Shown: positions 12,300 to 25,396, numbered from the stretch's first letter. The stretch: DNA of 64,000 bases from Octopus sinensis (GCF_006345805.1 NC_043003.1:69874001-69938000), one strand, 5' to 3'. The notes: generated by a model from the letters alone, not told the origin. Program-made: numbers and translations.

Positions 12300-14316
12300 A
12301 GAACGTAAAGCAATAAACCTCAAAGGTATTTTCCGCTGCTCTTACGATTTTACTAATCCATTATCGTTTTCTAATTATTAACAACAAGTACAATGTGATA
12401 TCTCCTACTAACTTATGTCTTTAATTCTGGTAAATAAATAAAATTAAAATTATACACATACATACATATAAACATATATCCATACAATATACACATATTT
12501 GTTTAGAGTCTAACTGCATCTCTTTTTCGTTTCTTAAGTAACCGATTTATTTACGCTTTAGAAATGGAGTAAACATCTTCAGGTCTCAAACATTGAAAAA
12601 AAGAAACCGATCTAACATTTCCCGTCCATAACTACAGACGCTTTGCAAGACACCAAATGCATACAAGACATCAGTTAACTTTAATTAATAAGAACTCAAG
12701 GCGATACACTATCGCTTTCACCTCACCCTCCGCAAAAGCACAATATTTTAGGATTACTTTTCCGAGGGCATCTGCAATGCAAACATAGAAAACCTTTATC
12801 AACCAAGAACAGTGGTCTTGGTCCTCATTTGCTCGAACTTAACCCTCCTTCAAGACACTTAAGAATAGGTGCGGTGTTTGTGCGTGTCTGAGTTTGTATG
12901 CGCAATACATATCGATATGTATGAATAATGTGGGTTCATTATATGTTAAACATTATGTGTATTAAGGAAACAATGGGTAAATTCTAATTGTTACTCCTGT
13001 CTCACAAAATGGATGTTATCTCTTGGAGGCGGACTTTCAGAATAGCTATCACTACCTCATGAAGAAGGAAGAGGGCAAGAAATTGGAGGTGGGGGTGTTT
13101 CTCTGAGATAATTTTTTGTTAAAGGAGTTTTAATTCAATTTATATATTTTTATACCCATTTCCGTACAACTTCCCGGTAAATTTTCGTTATTACATCCGT
13201 ATTATACACGGGTATAATAATGAAATATCGATGATAATAATAATAATTCTTTATACTATAGACACATTGGTGCTAGGGGCCGGTCTATTACATCGACCCC
13301 AGCGCTCCACTAGTGCTTATTTTATTGACCCTGAAAGGATGAGAGGTAAAGTCGATCTCGACGGAATTTGAACTCAGAACGTAGAGACGGATTAACAAAT
13401 CAATTAAATAACAACAGGAAAATGGTGAGACGGAATCTTCCTCTATAGATAAACACACCAATAAAACATTAACGGTATTCCTTCAGTATTGGTCTACAGA
13501 GTGTCGGTTCGAGGAGACGATGTCATCCACCGTCTTTTTTAGCCTATGGGTGAATGACGTTGTGTACCAATGCCGAAGGATTGCTACATCAACATTTTAA
13601 AGAAACTTAGGATGCTACAAAGTAAGTTTTAAGTTTTTTTATTGTCGATCATTGAGAACATTTATGGGGAAATAAAGTATCCAGTCGAGCTGTTGTCATT
13701 GAAATTGGGGATGGTTATAAGATAGAAATTAGTAAATACGAAAGGGTAAGCTGCCCTACATGAAGAATTAACCCCACCGGCTTAGAAGTGATCACTACGA
13801 TACGATTTCGATTCACAGTTGAAGCTAATTTACTTCACGGAAGTCATTGAGTTCTCTGGGAAGGGCATGAGTTTCACTTCATCTTATTATATGATAAATA
13901 TCTCTAATATTAGATGCTGGTAATTATGAATAGTAAAACAGAAATACATATAAATTTTTCTGACATTAAAGGTTTAACTATTATTCGTTTCACCTAAGAG
14001 ACTGTACGTGGAATAAAAAGATAAATAAATACTTTATCTGCAAAGTTTTAAACAGAAAAAAATAAATTTGATAGTTTAGTTACCGGTTATTTTTGATATA
14101 ACAGATCCCAACAGGAAAATATATTCACTCATGGATTAAAACTGGAGAGATGGTAAGAAAATGCTTCGCAACGTTGTTGAGAGAGAGAGAGAGAGAGAGA
14201 AGGAGAGAGTACCTGTTTCAAAAACTGATAATCGTTTGAGCTGTTGCCTTAGCGACTGACACAAGGACACCATAAACATATACAAGTATAACACACGTTG
14301 TACAGCTTTATTAATA

Positions 14317-14374
<58 letters not shown>

Positions 14375-15000
14375 AGAGTATCCAGATACATAACGTACAG
14401 GTGCTAACCTCGTATTAATAGCTAGAAATCAATAAATGCGCGCAAATATATTAAGAATGCCTCGGCATATAAACAAAAGTGTGCAAGCTTAGCGATATTC
14501 AGAACAGGTTTAAGAAAAATGGTTTCGGAGCTAACTTTTTTTTTAAGATGTATAACCACGATATATGAAGTATTGACGAAACAATCAATGCTTTAAAGAA
14601 TGAAATGCTTTTTGTTGCTTAGATTCAGGCCAGTCCTTATTGAGCTGTCCCATGGTGAAGACAGTTCAGGCGTGACCATAACCGATTTTCTTTTGTTTAT
14701 TCTTCTTTCAGAAATGTATTAATTTTTTCTTTTATTTGTTTCAGTCAATTGGCTACGGCCATGATGGAGCAACGTCTTGAAGGGCTTTAGTCGAACAAGT
14801 CGAGGTACTTTATAGTTATCTCACCCCCTTTTACAAAAATGGGTTATCTTCCCCCCGTTTTATGAGAAATATCGGTACTTTTGGTTATCTCCCTCAACGA
14901 AAAAAATCGTTTAACCACCCAACGGAAAAAAAAAGGAAAAAAATTAATAAACATGAAAATTGAAAAGATGAAACATCTTATTGAATCTGATGACATTTTT
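12300..15000. promoter_or_regulatory. CpG-retaining, promoter-like domain 1
   Basis: Visibly more CG than the flanks; (GA)11 at 14179-14200 and (CT)25 at 14321-14371; donor-like GTGAGG on minus at 12721-12726. No gene identified. Confidence 0.4.
14321..14371. repeat. (CT)n microsatellite
   Basis: ~25 perfect units. Confidence 0.95.
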
Positions 15001-15170
15001 ATAACAAATCATACAATGCCTATTGAGGAGGTCAAACGTTAACAATATGTTTAAAAATTGAATCAAATTCTAACTCTTTTAATCCAATCTCTTGTGACAT
15101 AAACTCAACATTTTAGTGGGGAGATGATCCAGATTTTTAATGGCAATTTTTTAAATGGGGGTGAGAAAAA
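14815..15170. mobile_element. Probable DNA-transposon remnant with inverted ends and subterminal repeats
   Basis: tctcacccccttttacaaaaat vs the reverse complement of aattttttaaatgggggtgaga; three (g/a)gttatct(c/t) repeats near the left end. Confidence 0.4.
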
Positions 15171-15651
15171 TCCAAATAAAATCGACCCCAAGACTGGATA
15201 TTTTAAAGTCTAGTGGGTGTGTTTACGTCCCTGTAACTTAGTGGTTTGGAAAAGAGACTGATAGAATAAGTACTAGGCTTTAAAAATGAAGTTTGTCCTC
15301 TCATTACCACTTGTCAAGTGGTAATGGGAGGACAAACTCAGACACAAAGATACACACACACACATATATATACAGACCCTAGGGTGGGGGCCTGAGGTGC
15401 ACGTGCCCCCTCAAGAAAAAGAAGTACACTCTTCTAAATAATATTATGCCCTTATCTCCTGGAATTGTATTCTCTTCTGATCTTGTGCCCTCCCTTTAAA
15501 AAATTGCTGGGACTGCACCCATACATGCATACATATACAACAGGCTTCTTTCAGTTTCCATCTACCAAATCTACTCACAAGGCTTTGTTCAGTCTGGAGC
15601 TATAATAGAAGACACTAGCCCAAGATGCCATGCTGTGGGAAGCAGGCTTCT

Positions 15652-17120
15652 TTATTTCTTTTGAATTGCCATAAAGGCATTACGTAGAGGGGGATACTAC
15701 AACAGATGCAGGGACATATAACAATTAAAATAAAATATGATGCTATGAATGGCACATGAAAATGAATATGAAAAACATTAAAATCAAAATATTAAAATAA
15801 GGATACATGAATGATGCCTGAGAAATGAGAATATGAAAAGTGTGTTACCACCTCTGAGTCCCGAGTCCTCTTTAGTCTTTGATCTAGTCTTTCAGTTACC
15901 GTTTTCCCCATCGCTGAGTGACAACACTCTCTCCTCCATGTACACGTAACCTTTTTCATCGGAGGAGGGGGTCTTGTAAATTTTGTGGTGTCTGTTTTTT
16001 CTTCTTTTTTTTCCTGTGGGGAGAAGGGGTGGGTGGGTTTGGTGTCTGTATGGGGAGGGTGGGTCTGAGTAGTCTTGGGTGGGATGGATTTGTTCTGGGG
16101 TCCCACACCAGACTGACTGTTCTTCCTCTTCTTTCTCTTTTTCCTTTTATTCTCAGTCACTGTCCATTCATCCTCCTTGTTCTTTCCATCTATCTGTACT
16201 TCTTCTTTTTTCTCCTCCATCTTCACCACAGCATCTTCTGTCGTTATCCCCTGCAGAGGGCAGTGCACTCTAATGTAGCCTTTTTGGCTACATTTAAAGC
16301 ATTGCAGAACCCTGCCCTCCACCCATATTCTCAATACAATCTCTCCCAACGTCACCGTCTCCGCCAAACTCTCCAATTGACTCTCCTCTGCCTGTATAAT
16401 GAGGTCCAGCATTTTTTCTATCCATCCTCTGTCCTCCGTTTCCGTGGCTTGGTGGACAGCCACTGCTGTCCTCACTTCCAATGAGGACAGCTGCTGCAAC
16501 CCAAGCCACTTCTATATTGGATGGAATTCCTTCTACCCTCACCTTAGAAGTCTTTCTTCCAAGGTATTTGGGTAGAAGTACCACTTCCTCTGCTTTCCCC
16601 ATTGCACTCACCAACCTCCTTGCCTCCTCCACTGTCCCAAACTGGACAACCACCATCCCATATCTACTTCCTTTCGCTTTGTATGTCACTTCCTTTGAAA
16701 GTCTTTTCAATGCCTTTTCTATTTTTTCCATCTCCATCTGCTCCACCTTCCTACTCTCCACTGAGTACACCTTGTAGGTAATAGTCTTCTTTTCCATATT
16801 TACCATAACCCTTTGGAGTTGGTGGGGTAATAACTTTACGTCACTGCCCACCTTCTGTGTCATCTTACTCAGCTCCTTCAGTCCAGCTAGGTCCACCTCC
16901 CTTTCCTTCACCTCTGCAACCTCAGCAAAACTCTTTACTCTTTCCAAATGCTCTTACATTCTATTTACTGCCTTAACGAGCTCCTCCTCTGCTGAGGACA
17001 GTTCATACTCACTAAGGTCTGAATACATTTTTTTTCTACCGGTATAACACCCACTGACAAACCACTGCCAAGCAGCAAAAAAAATTCTGTCTGACTCATC
17101 AAAAATCAACAGAACGAATA
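15652..17120 (-). mobile_element. ORF1-only L1/Tx1-like non-LTR retroposon, copy A (decayed)
   Basis: ORF1 runs from ATG 17028 (MYSDLSEYELSSAEEELVKAVNRM*EHLERVKSFAEVA; one in-frame stop) through track ORFs 16294..16947 and 15792..16499 (frameshift ~16475). It has a CCHC-type knuckle remnant CFKCSQKGYIRVHC and a basic K/R tract. A ~190-nt 3'UTR ends ...cctttatggcaattcaaaagaaataa. No ORF2. Degenerate 13-bp flanks agaagcctgcttc (15639-15651) / agaagcatagttc (17121-17133). Confidence 0.8.
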
Positions 17121-17519
17121 GAACTATGCTTCTAAGAAAATATTATACAATATCCTTCCATTTTTCAAAGACAGTAGACTGAATTAAGGGATATTTGGTT
17201 GTTGTTTTCAGCAGGGTGAGTGACCAGGTAGAAGATCCCTTGTTGGTTCAACTCTCTTCTTCTCAATACATATTGGTTATATGAGGAATTACATTATAGT
17301 CTTGTCCTTCTCTTTTGCTGTGTATAACTCCACATCTGTCTTATATAACATGATCTCAGGCAAAAAAAACTTGCCATGCAAGTGCATCTCTGCAAGTCAT
17401 ATATATATATATATATCAAGGGATCAGGATAAAAAAAACCCTCTCCAACATACTTGAAATAGACACCAAAGGCACTAAGGAACTTTTTTTATCCTGATCC
17501 CTTAATATAATTATATATC

Positions 17520-18100
17520 ATCATCATCATCATCATCATCATCGTTTAACGTTCGTTTTCCATGCTGGCATAGGTTGGACGGTTCGACTGGGAAACCAGG
17601 AGGCTACACCAGGCTCCAGTCTGATGTGGCAGTGTTTCTACAGCTGGATGCCCTTCCTAATGCCAACCACTCCGAGAGTGTAGTGGGTGCTTTTTATGTA
17701 CCACCGGCACAGGGGCCAGAGGAGGCTAGCAACAACCATGATCGGTTGGTGCTTTTTACGTGCCTTCAACATGGAAGCCAGTCAAAGTGGCACTGACATC
17801 AGCCACGTTTGGATGGTGCTTATTATGTGCTACCGGTACGGGGATCATAACTACAATTTCCATTTAATTTTGATTTTGATGTACTTGACTCAATAGGTCT
17901 CCTCAAGCACAGCATGTTGCCCTAAGATCCAAGGTACTTTTGAGTGGGCTGGGGCTGGTTGTGTGACACTGGTATAGGTTACAGCTGTGAACTCACTTTA
18001 TTTGCTGGGTCTTCACAGTCACAGCATATCTCCAGAGGTCTCGGCCTTTCATTGCCTCTGCGTGGCCCAATGTTCGAAGGTCACGCTTCACCACCTCATC
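17520..18100 (-). mobile_element. RTE-clade LINE 3' end: coding end, repeat-containing 3'UTR and (GAT)n tail
   Basis: Minus translation DEVVKRDLRTLGHAEAMKGRDLWRYAVTVKTQQIK*, then a UTR ending ggttggcattaggaagggcatccagctgtagaaac...gttaaacgatgatg. Similar piece at ~41670-41990. Confidence 0.7.
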
Positions 18101-18242
18101 TCGTATATATATACATATATAATTATTGATTTAGTATATAAATTACCTACAAGTTTTTATTTCAGGCCTACTACCTGATATAACGACTAACGTGATTTTA
18201 TCCTCTTCAATTCTATTAAGTATATATATATGTGTGTGTATG

Positions 18243-18289
<47 letters not shown>

Positions 18290-18907
18290 TCATCATCATC
18301 ATCATCATCATTTAACGTCCGCTTTCCATGCTAGCATGGGTTGGACGGTTCAACTGGGGTCTTGGAAGCCCGAAGACTGCACCAGGCCAGTCAGATCTGG
18401 CAGTGTTTCTACAGCTGGATGCCCTTCCTAACACCAACCACTCCGAGAGTGTAGTGGGTGATTTTATGTGCCACCGACACAGGTGCCAGACGAGGCTGGC
18501 GAATGGCCACGCTCGGATGGTGTTTTTTATGTGCCACCGACACAGGTGCCAGATGAGGGGCGAACGGCCACGATCAGATGGTGTTTGTTACGTGCCCACA
18601 GCACGGAGGTCAGTCGATACGGTACTGGCTACGCCCACGTTCGGATGGTTTTCTTGTGTGCCACCGGCACTGGTACCACAAAGATACAAATTCCATTGAT
18701 GTTCATCTATTTTGATTTGTTTTGATTTGATTTTCACTTGCCTCAACAGGTCTTCACAAGTGTCACAAGAAGGAAGGTATGCACAGGTGGACTGACTACG
18801 TCCCAGGTAGGGGCCACGGGTTATGGCCTGACTAGTCTTGCCGGGTCTTCGGATGGTGTTTTTATGTGCCACCGACACCGGTGCCAGATGAGGCTGGCGA
18901 ACGGCCA

Positions 18908-19011
<104 letters not shown>

Positions 19012-21910
19012 TAATGGGTAATAAATGAATGGTTTACACCTGGTAGCTTACTGGTAAAGCACAAACACTTTCACAGTGATCATTAGGTATAACCCATCTT
19101 CTGTCTTTCATTTCCCATATATATATATGTATGTATGTTTGTATGTGTGTGTGTGTTTGTATGTATGTATGTATCTATCTTTCTTTCTTTTATTCGTTCT
19201 TCATTCTTTCTTTCGTTGTTTCATTCATTAGACTGTGGCCATGCTGGAGCACCACCTTGAAGAATTTTTGGCCAAATGAATCGATCTGTGGACATTTATT
19301 TTTAAGACTGGCACTTCGGGGTTGATAAAATAAATACCAGTTACGCACAAGGGTCAATGTAATTGACTTAATCTCTTTGTCTGTCCTTGTTTGTCCCCTT
19401 TATGTTTAGTCCCCTATGGGCAATAAAGAAATAGATATTTATTTTTGCTTGCAATAGCCGATTCTTTTGGCCAAACTATTATATTTCCAGCTGCTCCAGA
19501 TACCAAGATATCAAAAATTGTCAAAGTGTCGTCCAACAGTTTTGCTATAGAATCGTGAAACTATTTCTTTGTTTTCTGAAAAAGCAACATTTTTGACTTA
19601 TGACACTTTTGGGCAATAGCAACGAAATGTATTCCATTTGTGACCACCATTATTGAAATTTATTCCTTTTTGTATGACTATAACATTTTTAAATGTGTCT
19701 TATTTTTCAATGTCCGTTTTATTATTATCTAAAAAAATTTGTTTTAAGATTGCAAAGGTATGGCTGGGTGGTGAAGGGGCTAACTTTGCAACCACATGGT
19801 TTTGGGTTCAATCTCACTGTGTGGTACCTCAGGTAAGTATCTTCTATTATAATCCTGGGCCAATGAATGCCTTGTGAATGAATTTGATAGATAGAAACTG
19901 TGTGAGCATGTATGTAAACGTGTGTGTGTGTGTTTATGTGTCAATTTGTTTACGTCCCCATAACTTGGCAATTCAGTAAAAAATACTTATAAAATATGTA
20001 CCAGGGTTTAAAAAAGTACTTGGGTCAATTACATATATGTAATTACATTACTTGGGTCAATTATATATATGTATATACTTACATGATAGGTTTCTTTCAG
20101 TTATGTCTATCAGATTCCCTCACAAGGCTTTGGTTGGCCCAGGGTTATAGTAGAAAACACTTACTGAATGCGCCATACAGTGGGATTGAACCCAAAGCCA
20201 TGTAGATGTGAACCAAACATAATAACTGCATAGCTATGCTGGTTTCTTCTGGAGGATGGAGAAACCTTCACTCACAAACACATCAAAGTATCCCAGTCTA
20301 TTGACACACTGCATCCTCCCCATCCTCTTGTCTCTTCCACAGTTATTATAGTGGTTCATACTCTTTTAATCCTTTAGCGCTTGGATGTCCTAGCTTATAG
20401 GCTTGACCCCTGCATCCCCTTCCAGCTGAGCATTCCAAATCTTGTGGGCTCATAGGTGCTGGTGTCATGTAAAAAGCACCAGTAAATGCACCCATGCTAG
20501 TGCCATGTAAAAAGCACCCAGTACACACTGTAATGTGGTTGGCATTAAGAAGGGCAACCAGCCATAGAGAGCATCCTAAAGCAGATATGAAGCCTGGTTA
20601 GTTCTTCAACAGGCCAGTTCCTGTCAAGCTGTCCAACTCATGCCAGCATGGAAAACGGATGTTAAACGATGATGATGATGATGATTGCTGTCAAATGTAA
20701 TGTTTATTTAATCACGTTGTTTTGAGTTAATCATGCATTATCTTTCAGCTTTGAGATTTTGATGCTGTAATCGTTCATTTTGAGAATGATATTGTCAGGT
20801 AGGTATGAGAGGTCAGATCCAGCTGATTTGAACATAAAACGGAATATCTGTGCCAGATATGACTTTCAGTGCTAAAAGGTTAAATTAACAACCTCAATGT
20901 CACATCCACCACACTTCTCAAATCAACCACACCTCAAATCTCAGCCTTACCAAACCCCCACCGCTGTGTATCATGCTGCCAAACCCCATACTGAATGTCA
21001 AACAATCGTCCTTTTCTACAAATACCACATTTGTGTCACTTGTGTAATGACCATGCTTTCAATTCTGAATATTGAACTGAAGAAAATCACTGCCCTTGGT
21101 CCTAACTAAAAATATCTTTCTATCATTCTCTCTCTTTGTAAATCTGTGTGTGTTTATGTATAAAAATTCACACACACACACAAGTAGTTTTATTTATGTT
21201 ATGGAAATGCTTTTGAATCAATACTGAGATTTTGCACCAATATCTTTCAATACATCTAACAGTTATCTTTTGTCTGAAGAGAAATATCTCAGTATTAGTC
21301 TATACACAATGACTACTTCGTCCTGACACAAAGTCATATTTCATATATCATCATCATCGTCGTTTAACATCCGCTTTCCATGCTGGCATGGGTTGGACGG
21401 TTTGACTGAGGACTGGTGAGCCAGAAGGCTGCACCAGGCTCCAATCTATTTCTAAAGTTTCTACAGCTTGATGCCCTTCCTAACGCCAAACACTCTGAGA
21501 GTGTAGTGAGTGCTTTTACATGTCCCTGGCACGAGGGCCAGTCAGGTGGTCCTGGCAATGACCATGCTCAAAAGGTGTTTTTAAGTGCTACCTGCATGGA
21601 AGCCAGTCTGGCGGCACTGGCAACAACCACACTTGAATGTTGTTTTTCACGCGTCACAGGCACATGTGCTGGTAATACGATGCTGGCAATGATCATGCTC
21701 GAATGGTGCTTTTTACATGCCACTGGCATGGGAGCCAATCCATGGCCCTTGCAACGATCACGCTTGAATGTGCTTTTACCGTTCCACTGGCATGAGTGCC
21801 AATTAGGCGGTACTGTCATCTTTATATAAGCTAGGATGAGATCATTATTTAAAATACCGATTATATCAAGTGGCTAACATGGGAATAAAAATCTTATAGA
21901 TAATAATTAT

Positions 21911-22258
21911 TATTAAAATTATAATTAAGGGTATCTAAAAGATACCACCATGCTAGGGATAGAAGTCAAAACTTGACTCTAAAACCACATCAAGTATTCA
22001 TACAGCACCAAGAGAAAAGACAAATAGACAAATAAACTGGCAAGAAATTATTGGATAATCTCAGATCTAGATTTCTAGCTTTGCATAAAAATATACTCTA
22101 CCTCATCAGTGGGATATACACTGATTAATTTTTTTGCTAGTTTATTTGTCTATTTGTCTTTTCTCCTGGTGCTCTATGAATACTTGATGTGGTTTTAGAG
22201 TCAAGTTTTGACTGCTATCTCTGGCATGGTGGTATCTTTTAGATACCCTTAATTATAA

Positions 22259-22266
<8 letters not shown>
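21911..22266. mobile_element. Fold-back MITE with ~140-bp arms
   Basis: 21911-22050 is the reverse complement of 22126-22266 with few mismatches; TA-rich flanks. Confidence 0.85.
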
Positions 22267-22300
<34 letters not shown>

Positions 22301-22309
22301 GTTAACCCA

Positions 22310-22480
22310 AACATGAAAATACAACAACGCAAGGACGTGGAACAAGTATAGTGTTATTGGATGCTCAGGAAAGAAGGAGGGCTTAATGTTTTGAGCGGAG
22401 CTCTTCGTCAGGAACATAGGAAAAGGAAAGATCCAAAGAAGGGAAGACTGAGGAAAAAAATCGCCAGCAGTACACACACA
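22310..22480 (-). mobile_element. Penelope-like terminal fragment with hammerhead-like motif
   Basis: Minus: CUGACGA-A-GAGC-ucc-GCUC-AAAAC (G12>A, a CpG-decay-type change) at 22386-22411. Confidence 0.5.
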
Positions 22481-22482
22481 GT

Positions 22483-22516
<34 letters not shown>

Positions 22517-24605
22517 AACCATGATTTTACCATTTAAATTACCAACTACTGTTAACCTTATAGCAAGGCCTATACATAGTGAGGTAGTACACCAGTAGTG
22601 CCTACGGATACATTTATCTCTTAGACAGTTGCATAACCTCTAACTCATAATATCCCAGAAACAGTTGTAAGATTTTATCTATATCTCTTTCCTTATAAAT
22701 GTCCTGAAAACTCCTCACAGGCTTTGTTATCTCATTCTGTCTAATATATATGCTAATACATGACCTACATTAGATTCCTCACTCCTATCACTATCAAACC
22801 AAGAGTTTAACTATGGTTTGTCCATAGCACTTACTTAGTGTTACCTGCCACTCTTTAGGTCTTCTAGATACCAATACCTCTCGTATATATATATATATAT
22901 ACATATAAACACCATTTGAGCATGATCGTTACCTGCGTCACCTCACTGGCATGTGAAAAAACATTCAAGCAAGGTCGTTGCCAGTGCCGCTGGTGCAGGT
23001 GGCACATAAAAAAAACACCATTTGAGCATGGCCGTTGCCAGTACCGCCTGACTGGCCTTCGTGCCGGTGGCACATAAAAGCACCCACTACACTCTCGGTG
23101 TGGTTGGCGTTAGGAAGTGCATCTAGCTGTAGAAACTCTGCCAGATCAGATTGGAATCTGGTGCAGCCATCTGGTTCGCCAGACCTCAGTCAAATCATCC
23201 AACCCATGCTAGCATGGAAAGCGGACGTTAAACGATGATGATGATAGGTATGGCTGTGTGGTAAGAAGCTTGCTTCCAGTATAGTGTTTGTCAGTTGGAT
23301 TGTGGATTTTGAGTGTAACACGTGTATTTTTTGGTTGTTTTGGTGGTGTGATGTTTTTCTTCTTGTTTAATGGAGGGGCGTTGGGTGAGGAGCTGTGAAG
23401 GTTTGAATTATTCAGACTTTGTGAACTACCCTTCTTTGAACTTTGTGTCATCTGATGAAGAGATGGTGGAATATTTAAAAAGAATTGATGAGAAAATGGA
23501 AACAAAAATTATGCTGCAGCAGCAAAAGAAATAAGTGAAGATTTGAATCTGGAAGAATTAAGTACATTTTTTAAAATGCTTAAAAGGGAGGGGAACAAAG
23601 TGGTGTTTCCTCCCAAAGAAGTTTTAAAGGAGAAACAAGAAAGAACAATTATTTACTGGATGTACTCAGTAGCAGCAAAGAGAATTGAAGTCATGTCGAT
23701 GGTGCAAGTTGAAAAGGCACTTAGACCAATCTGGTTAGGGATTTCCTACCTTGCCAGAGGAAAAAAGTTTGGAATGGTGGAGGTGCAGTTCTGGGAGGTA
23801 GCTACTGCCAGGCCGCACTCAGCTACACTGTTGAGAACGGATGAAGTGGTGCTTCTACCTATATACCTTGGGAGGTGTTCTTCTAGAGTTAGGGTAAAGG
23901 AAATACCCCCAGAAGTGGATGTAGCCTGGCTGGTAGCTGCCATACTGCTAGGCATGAAGGAGAAGGTAGTGGTCCTCCAGGCCACCAGAACACTCCACAG
24001 GAACTGGCATGGACATAGCCTCGATATGGTGGTACAAGTTGCAGAGGTAGATATTGAAAATATGGTCGGGACCATTACAGTCAGAGAGGCAACACCTCAG
24101 AGTTAGAGTGGAAGGATAAAGATAAAACAGTGTCGAGGAGGAGGAAGTGAATGAAGAAAGGATCAGGTGGGAAGTGGCAGGGAAGAAAAAAAGAAAGAAA
24201 GTAAAGAGAGTACACATTATAAATGACGACCCCCATCCCACATCTACCCAACTCCCACCCACACCTACTCTGCCCCAACCACTCCCAACAGACATAAACC
24301 CTCTCCATACCCCACCTGACAAAGACAGGCACAAGCACACAGAGCCCCAAATTTCCCCACCCTTGTCCAGTAATGAAAAATATATTATACTGTACAATGG
24401 AGAAAATGAAAAGCTCCATAATGAGATAACCTCATGGGATAGTGATAAAAGTGGATATAACAAGAGTGAAGGTTTTGCCCAGGTACATGTGCTGTGTGAT
24501 GGCAGACCCGGGGTGCCTTTCAGGATTAAAGAATTATGAAGAAGACTGTGACTATGACTGGTGGGTCAAGAGGACAGACACCAGCACAATGCCAGAACAG
24601 CTAAG

Positions 24606-24966
24606 CTCTTTACTCTTTCACTTGTTTCAGTCATTTGACTGCGGCCATGCTGGAGCACTGCCTTTAGTCGAACAAATCGACCCCAGGACTTATTCTTTGT
24701 AAGCCCAGTACTTATTCTATCGGTCTCTTTTGCCGAACCGCTAAGTGACGGGGACGTAAACACACCAGCATCGGTTGTCAGGCAATGCTAGAGGGACAAA
24801 CACAGACACACAAACATATACACACACATACATATATATATACATATATACGACAGGCTTCTTTCAGTTTCCATCTACCAAATCCACTCACAAGGCTTTG
24901 GTCGGACTGAACCTGGAACCATGAGGTTGGTAAGCAAGCTACTTACCACACAGCCACTCCTGTGCC
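24606..24966 (-). mobile_element. SINE family B (tRNA head + CORE-like domain + CR1-type tail), nested in retroposon B
   Basis: Head ggagtggctgtgtggtaag, gtccgaccaaagccttgtgagtggatttggtag, microsatellite linker, tail ggcagtgctccagcatggccgcagtcaaatgactgaaacaag. Confidence 0.88.
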
Positions 24967-25074
24967 TGTTTTGATATTTAAAAAAAATATAATATAAACA
25001 TTTTGTGTAAAAATGAAAACTAGTTGGTGCAAACAGTGTTACAAATGGTTTTTTTTTTTTTTTTTTTTTTTTAG

Positions 25075-25396
25075 TGAGGGCGCGTGGCTTAGTGGTTAGG
25101 GCATTCGGCTCATGATCGTAAGGTTGTGAGTTCGATTCCCGGCGACGCGTTGTGTCCTTGAGCAAGACACTTTATTTCACGTTGCTCCAGTCCACTCAGC
25201 TGTCAAAAATGAGTTGTACTTGTATTTCAAAGGGTCAGCCTCGTCACTCTCTGTGTCACGCTGATTATCCCCGAGAACTACGTTAAGGGTACACGTGTCT
25301 GTGGAATGCTCAGCCATTTGCACGTTAATTTCACGAGCAAGCTGTTCCGTTGATCGTATCAGCTGGGACCCTCGTCGTCGTAACCGGCGGAGTCTT
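25075..25396 (+). mobile_element. SINE family D (tRNA head + V/CORE-like gtgtccttgagcaagacactt domain), nested in retroposon B
   Basis: A box tggcttagtgg, B box gttcgattcc; acaaatggt on both sides as a possible TSD. Other copies: 42905-43285, 6090-6385 (minus), 48985-49270, 57318-57575, 43410-43680. Confidence 0.85.

Noticed and set aside
12754-12771. Minus-strand ATG CCC TCG GAA AAG (MPSEK, LC3-like N-terminus)
   Set aside because: Followed at once by TAA; no further LC3 exons found; five residues is chance level.
18460-18905. Repeat-spacer-like periodicity suggesting a CRISPR array
   Set aside because: Units are degenerate tandem copies without unique spacers, inside an animal retroposon; no cas genes.
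19440-19640. Possible Tc3-like helix-turn-helix remnant on the minus strand
   Set aside because: Requires several frameshifts and no TIRs were found; too weak to call.
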